Shown piece after piece: positions 58,030-64,000 of a stretch of 64,000 nt of DNA. Numbering within the stretch: the first letter of the stretch is position 1; the number at the start of each line of letters is the position of its first letter. The notes beneath the pieces are model-generated. The model ran no database searches. It was given only the letters and a program-made list of their open reading frames with translations, and had not been told where the DNA came from. A program made the position numbers and the translations under genes. Source of the DNA: Squalus acanthias (taxonomy: Eukaryota); assembly GCA_030390025.1 (NCBI GenBank), contig CM059432.1, positions 40,488,001-40,552,000 on the forward strand, given 5' to 3'.

Positions 58030-58900
58030 CAGGGTGGATACTGGGAGTGCAGCGTGTTTTCACCTCTGAAACATGGTTTCAAATCCAGTGTAGACTAGTT
58101 TAATAAAAGTCCTGTATCTGTTGGCTGTAAGCATCTTATGTAAGATGAGTCTGGGTAGCCTCAAGTAAGTTCCTAGTGAGCATAGGACCAGAACACAAAA
58201 TTTCCTCAAATTCAGTACAGGAAACTTTCGTTTATCCGGCATCGACGGGACCGGCGTGGTGCCGGTTTATCGAAAGTACCGGATAACGGAGAGTTATATC
58301 TACCGAGGCTATTTTTAACAAAGAGACTCCAGGCAGCGCGGGAGAATCAACTCCTGCTACTGCGGTGTTTCGGACTTCCGACAGCGCCAGGAGGCCGAGT
58401 AGTGGCACTTTTGAAAAGTACCCCTACTGACTAAATCGGCGTTCGCGGACTCGGACTCGGACTTGGGATCGGCAACATTGCCGGTTATTTGAGAGGAGTT
58501 TTCGGAGCACTCGGCGTTCGCGGAGACTCGACTGCGACTCGGCAACATTGCCGGTTATTTGAGAGGAGTTTTCGGAGGATGATTTTTGCCGGTTAAGCGA
58601 GAATTCTGGATATTTGGGTGCCGGATAAACGAAAGTTTCCTGTACTACATTGGCAATCTCATTAGAGAGGCAAAAAAGGTTGCCGGTGTGAGAGGTGGAA
58701 ATCTCACATACTGGTGCAGGATGCTCTTCTGAGATTGGTGTTAAGGCACATTGTAGGGGAAGGGTAAACAAAGCTTTTACTCTTCATCTGCCTTGTGCTA
58801 TATCTGACTTGGAAATTCCTCATACAAATACTGGATGCCTGAAATGGGAAATTGTTACACTTTGCAGCACTCCAATTCCTCAGCTTGATAAGCAGAAAAA
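58030..58900 (+). mobile_element. LF-SINE-like element interrupted by a MITE
   Basis: Ordered motifs TTTCACCTCT, TTCAAATCCAG, ATCTG.TGGCTGT, GTTCCTAGTG, TTGGCA.TCTCA..AGAGAGGC and AGGCACATTG, as recalled for LF-SINE. Confidence 0.65.
58218..58642 (-). mobile_element. pogo/Tigger-like element, copy 3 (reverse orientation)
   Basis: TIR CAGGAAACTTTCGTTTATCCGGCA(T/C)C 25/26; TA duplication; internal about 70-bp direct duplication. Confidence 0.92.
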
Positions 58901-60354
58901 TATGTTTTAAAGCCATTACTTAAAGGGTTAAAACACAAGTGTTCAAATGTTACACTTTAAAGTAGGGGAAATAAAAGTTTAAAAAAAAACTATTGTGGAT
59001 ACCAATGGACAGTAAGTAAAATAAAGTCATTTTCAGGTTCAGCTGTCAGAATAAGTGGTCATAATGTGAGGAACTACAACCATAAAGATATTATGAGGGC
59101 GAGGCAAGATGTCAAATCAAGACAAATATTGGCAACATGTATTCCATGGACTCGCATTATCAGCATTAGGTCGCCTCTGGGACTCAACTGGAGGGTCCTA
59201 ACGGGGTAACAAATGATCTTTTGAACTGCAAACTTCAGATTTAATTTGGGAACTAGTTTGTGTCTCAGTTTTAAGAAATAAATAAAATAGCATCAAGAAC
59301 TCCCAACATAACCCTTCATATGTCAGATCCGCTGCCAGCTGGTAGATGCATCAGCTGCAACTGAAGAATCATTTTTTTAATGGCAACTGGGGATGTTAAT
59401 TCTCAGATTGTGTTCTCTTTGGTATTTAATGATGTAACATGCTTTGGATTATGGTCTCTTTGATGAACTAAAATGCTCAGAGAATGAGCTGGATTCCTTT
59501 CAGCAGCACAGGCTTTAGAAATCAATGGAGTTTTGATAGCGCTAAAATTTGAAGCAAAAGGAAGCGCACAGTGGGTGACGGCTGTCGGGACAAAATACCC
59601 CTTTAGTATTTTGCCGTAACCACGGAGCTCCATCTGTTTGATGGGACTTACGCTCTCATTAGCATGCCTACTTTCCTCTATTGTTCCTGTCTGCAGCGCT
59701 GAACTTGCGGAGCTGAATAGCTCTCCTGTGGGTGTGCTGCTGTTTAATCGACAGCACTACTCCTGTTTGAGGACTGATCTGTCACTCCGTGGTAAAAGTA
59801 ATGGAAGTGTGCCACGGATACAATGATAAGAGTAAACAAACCTGCCTCTTTCTTTAGGCCGTGGTGCGGGGGTGGGGGAGAAGAGAAATGTTTACTAACA
59901 GCAGCAGTTATGATTAAGGACAAATACACATACTTGTTCGCGGTTTGTGTAAACCTGGAGGATAAACAGCGACATGGTGTCGGTAATGTAAAGTCCGTCC
60001 AGCTAATCAACACTATCAACTAGATGGAAGACTGGGGAACTCCCGGATTTACACAGCTAAACAAACAACTAGTAAAAACTCTTGCATATCGGTGACAAGC
60101 AACTCCCAACACTTTCATCAGAAGCTCATTTCTAATTAGCGTGTTGTTTCTTTTTCAGATATCAAGCATGCTAAGGCTTCAATGAAAATACTAGTTAGTT
60201 GCCTCTGTGTTAATGAATAACCAGATGCTGTTGTCTCTTCCATCTCCTAAAGGGCACTGCTGTAAGAGCAAAATAAATTCATTCAAGATAGGGGACAAAT
60301 TAAGCACCGCAGATTAATAGTTTGATATCAGTCATTACACAAATGCAGTATGAG

Positions 60355-61678
60355 GGAGGCCAATGGGCGGAAGAAACCTCCCCAGGAGATCAACGCAGCC
60401 TGGTTGCACATTGCACAGGAGGGCACAAGCAGGGATGTCGTGAGGAGGACCAGGCTGCAGTGCAGACCTTTCGATGATCTCAGTAGATCACAAAACGTTA
60501 CAGCAAAGCAACACTCAACCTCATCCTGCTGTGCCTCTCATCACGTCCCCATCACTCTGCCTTCCCTACCCTACTCCTGCACCTCTTACACCAACTTACC
60601 TTGCACCTCCACCCATCCCTCTCATCTACATTATCACTTCCCCATCTCACTAGCCACACTCACCCTCATCCTTGTCCAATCATTCAAACTAGCAACACAC
60701 AAGGGTAGGCACTTGTGTGCTTTAGCCAATGTTCATGTAAAGTGTCAGGTTAGTGTGTTGTCAAGCATTGAAATCTTTATTTTCAATACTTTGCCTTCTT
60801 GGACAGATTTGTGAAGTGTCTTAGTGAGTTCCAGTGAATGGTGAGAAATAAATTACCCCACCACCCTCCACCCACAATGATGTTGAGTGTGAAAGGAATG
60901 GCTTGGATATTGTAGGGATGCTTTATGGTGCTGGTGTGGGGTGGTGCCAACCTGGTGCATCATGTGGCAGCCAGGGTGTACAGCACCAAGTGAAATAAAT
61001 CTGGCCATGGTGAGGCCATCGCTGGCATCCTGGGCAGCCATGTTCACGGGTGATGATGCCCTGTGTCCAGTGCAGCATCAGTTGATTGCGGAGAAGTTTG
61101 GTGTAAATGTTGTTGATTCTGGTGTGTCCGGTGATGCTGGTGTTGGGGCTGATTGTGTCGGGATTCTGAGGACCAAGGTGAGATTTTTTCCAAGGGCAAT
61201 GATGCTGATGGAATAGATGGCAGATGAGGTTGAGATGACAGAAGTAATCTGTCAATGTTGAGATAGGTTGTTCCAAGGAGGTGACAGTGGACAGAGAGAT
61301 TACTCCAAACACTTCAAAAGTGCATAAAGCTCAAAAGTGGGTTTCAAATCATTAATGCTCCAGCTTCTAAGATTGGGAAGTGAACAGCTGTGAAATGGTA
61401 GGTTTTATACCACTTTTGCAGCTTTCACCTATTCACAGCAATCTACAATCACTGAGAACCCAATATTCTTACCTGATGTGATAGCCACTCTCCGGAAACC
61501 TTGTTGAAAACCTGGGGAAATGGTAAATACATGGGGAAATGGTTCTTAACTATCTTTTAAGAAGCTTTGAAGTTTCTAAATTGGCTGACCCGCCGCTTGG
61601 TGTCAGGTCTGTTCAGGGATGACAGACCCGACACTTGGGATACCGACCTGCACTCTGAGCGCAGGCAAAGTTCAGCCC
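60355..61678 (+). mobile_element. Second, left-truncated copy of the Harbinger-derived Myb/SANT element
   Basis: [39 protein letters not shown]; collinear with 48625-50038; ends AAGTTCAGCCC. Confidence 0.75.
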
Positions 61679-62889
61679 TATGTGGTGATTGTATCACTTG
61701 CAACAATCAAAGACTTTTCCCGCAATAACGACAAAAGGGGCGATTTTAACCATGCGCGCTGAGCAGAAAGCAGGCGGGCGGGCAGTTGAAATCGCACGTG
61801 GGACTCACCTCTCGACGTCCCACACTGATCCCACGGGTTCCAAGTTTAACCTGCTCTTCTAAGCAACTGAGAGCGACACCTGTCAGAAACCAGCAGGTCT
61901 TCTTTAACAATGCAGATTGGGCTCCAATGACATCATCGGAGCCCAGCTGCTATTTTAACCAGAAACCTAAGCAAGGAAGCCATTGTGGCTTTCCCACCAA
62001 GACAATCTAGTGGGAAGAGGAGTTGGGGCCAGTAAAGGCCCAAAAAGTTAAGTTTTTTAACTTTTTTTTTTAACTTTTCTTGTTGGCCAGGAGGAGCAGG
62101 AGTGCTCACCCAGGTCTCACAAGGAAAGTCTAGGCCTCTTCTGCCCTCCCCTGATCGCGAGGCCCTCTAAAATCGCCTTCCTGCGACTTACCCGCGTGCC
62201 GGCGACTATTCCTTTGGTCCCTGGCGGCGACCTCCGACCATGTAAAAAAAATCCTCTGGAACTATTTGAAGAAGAGCAGCGGAGTTCTCTTGGTGTCCTG
62301 GCCAATATTTATCCCTCAAACAACATCACTCAAACAGATTATCTAGTCATTTAACTCATCGCGGTTTGTGAGATCTTGCTGTGTGCAAGTTGACTGCCAT
62401 GTTCCCAGACGTTACAACAGTGACTACACTTCAAAAGTATTCAGTTGGCTGTGAAGGTCTTTGGGATGTCCTGAGGATGTGAAAGAAACTGTATAAATGC
62501 ATGTTCTTTGTTTCTAACTGATTTGGAGCACTGCAGAGTGTATATTATGCTGAAAAAACAGTGCTGCAGTTCTTCTTGCATTCACTTGCAAATGTAAATA
62601 AGGAATATATCTGAATAAGTAAAACAGTTTTTTGTTTAACCTGATTCCTTCTTTCCACACACCTTTCCAGGCTGAGAGGAGGGTTAGGGACCTGTTTCAT
62701 AGAATCATACAGCACAGAAGTTCATGCCTCCATCTTTGCTGGTCTGCTATTCGGCAGTAGGTTGCGTGAGAGTTGCTCATGTTTGGCACTATCAGATTTT
62801 CCCTCTCTCTCTCACCTCACCTCTGCTTAGATTGAGAACTTGTTGGGATTTTCCTGTTCTGAGGTAGTCATGGCAGGGAATGGATGCAA

Positions 62890-64000
62890 AGGAGTAGTAT
62901 ATAGGCCCCCTAACAGTAGCTATACCGTTGGACAGAATATTAATCAAGAAATAGTAAGAGCTTGCAACAAAGGTAATGCAATAATTGTGGGGGACTTTAA
63001 TCTTCATATAGACTGGACAAATCAAATTGGTAAAGGTAGTCTGGAGGACGAGTTCATGGAATGCATTCGGGACAGTTTCCTAGAACAATGCGTCATGGAA
63101 CCAACCAGGGAACAGGCTATTTTAGATCTTGTACTGTGTAATGAGACAGGGTTAATTAGCAATCTCATAGTAATGGATCCTCTGGGGCAGAGTGATCATA
63201 ATATGATAGAACTTCACATTAATTTTGAGAGTGACTTGCCTAAGTCGAAAACTAGAGTCTTAAACTTAAATAAAGCCAATTATATAGGTATGAGGGGCGA
63301 GTTGGCTAAGGTAGATTGGAAAAATAGATTAAAAGGTATGGCGGTAGATAAGCAGTGGCTAGCATTTAAAGAAATATTTCATAATTCTCAACAAAAATAC
63401 ATTCCATTGAGAAACAAAAACTCCACGGGAAAAGTGATCCAATCGTGGCTAACTAAAGAAGTTAAGGATAGCATTAGATTGAAAGAAGAAGCTTATAATG
63501 TTGCAAAGAATAATAGTAAACCTGAGGATTGGGAGAGTTCCAGAAACCAGCAAAGGATGACCAAAAGTTGATAAAAAGGGGGGGAAAAAAAGAATAGGAG
63601 AGAAAACTAGCAAGAAATATAAAAGCAGATTGTAAGAGCTTCTACAAGTATGTAAAAAGGAAGAGAGTAGCAAAAGTAAAAGTTGGTCCCCTAGAGGCTG
63701 AGACAGGAAAAATTATGAGGAATAAGGAAATGGCAGAAACATTAAACAAATATTTTGTATCTGTCTTCACAGTAGAAGACACAAAAAGCATACCAAAAAT
63801 GGTGGGGAACCAAGGGTCTAATGAGGGTGAGGAACTTAACGTAATTAATATAAGTAGAGAAAAAGTACTAGAGAAACTAATGGGACTAAAAGCCAACAAA
63901 TCCCCTTGACCTGACAGCCTACATCCTAAGGTTCTAAAAGAAGTGGCTGAAGAGATAGTGGATGCATTGGTTTTGATCTTCCAAAATTCCCTAGATTCTA
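62890..64000 (+). mobile_element. CR1 LINE ORF2 (endonuclease region), running off the window
   Basis: GVVYRPPN, GDFNLH, ILDLVL, SDHN, LNKYFVSVFT. Confidence 0.93.

Noticed and set aside
200..64000. Most remaining six-frame ORFs
   Set aside because: Antisense or alternative frames of transposable elements and exons, or chance ORFs with no recognisable domain.

Overview
Eukaryotic, repeat-dense vertebrate DNA. The repeat mix (CR1 and L2 LINEs, Penelope-like elements, DeuSINE- and LF-SINE-like SINEs, PIF/Harbinger relics) suggests a cartilaginous fish, but the species cannot be fixed from sequence. The window lies inside one large minus-strand gene. Thirteen GT-AG exons (56262 down to 991) splice in consistent phase into about 787 codons of extracellular cadherin repeats resembling type III classical cadherins (Drosophila DN-cadherin / chicken Hz-cadherin). 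Both gene ends appear to lie outside the window. The introns are mostly transposable elements: a decayed full-length Mag-type Gypsy element, a solo LTR, CR1, L2 and Penelope pieces, SINEs and MITEs. The most notable observation is a family of four TA-targeting pogo/Tigger-like non-autonomous DNA transposons with shared ends and different interiors. One carries a captured BAZ1A PHD-finger exon fragment with its apparent splice donor and intron. A second keeps only the first 16 nt of that capture before switching to different cargo. Also notable are a minimal hammerhead ribozyme in a 132-bp TSD-flanked Penelope tail and a tRNA-Glu/CR1-tail chimera. All homology calls come from recalled family motifs, not database searches.
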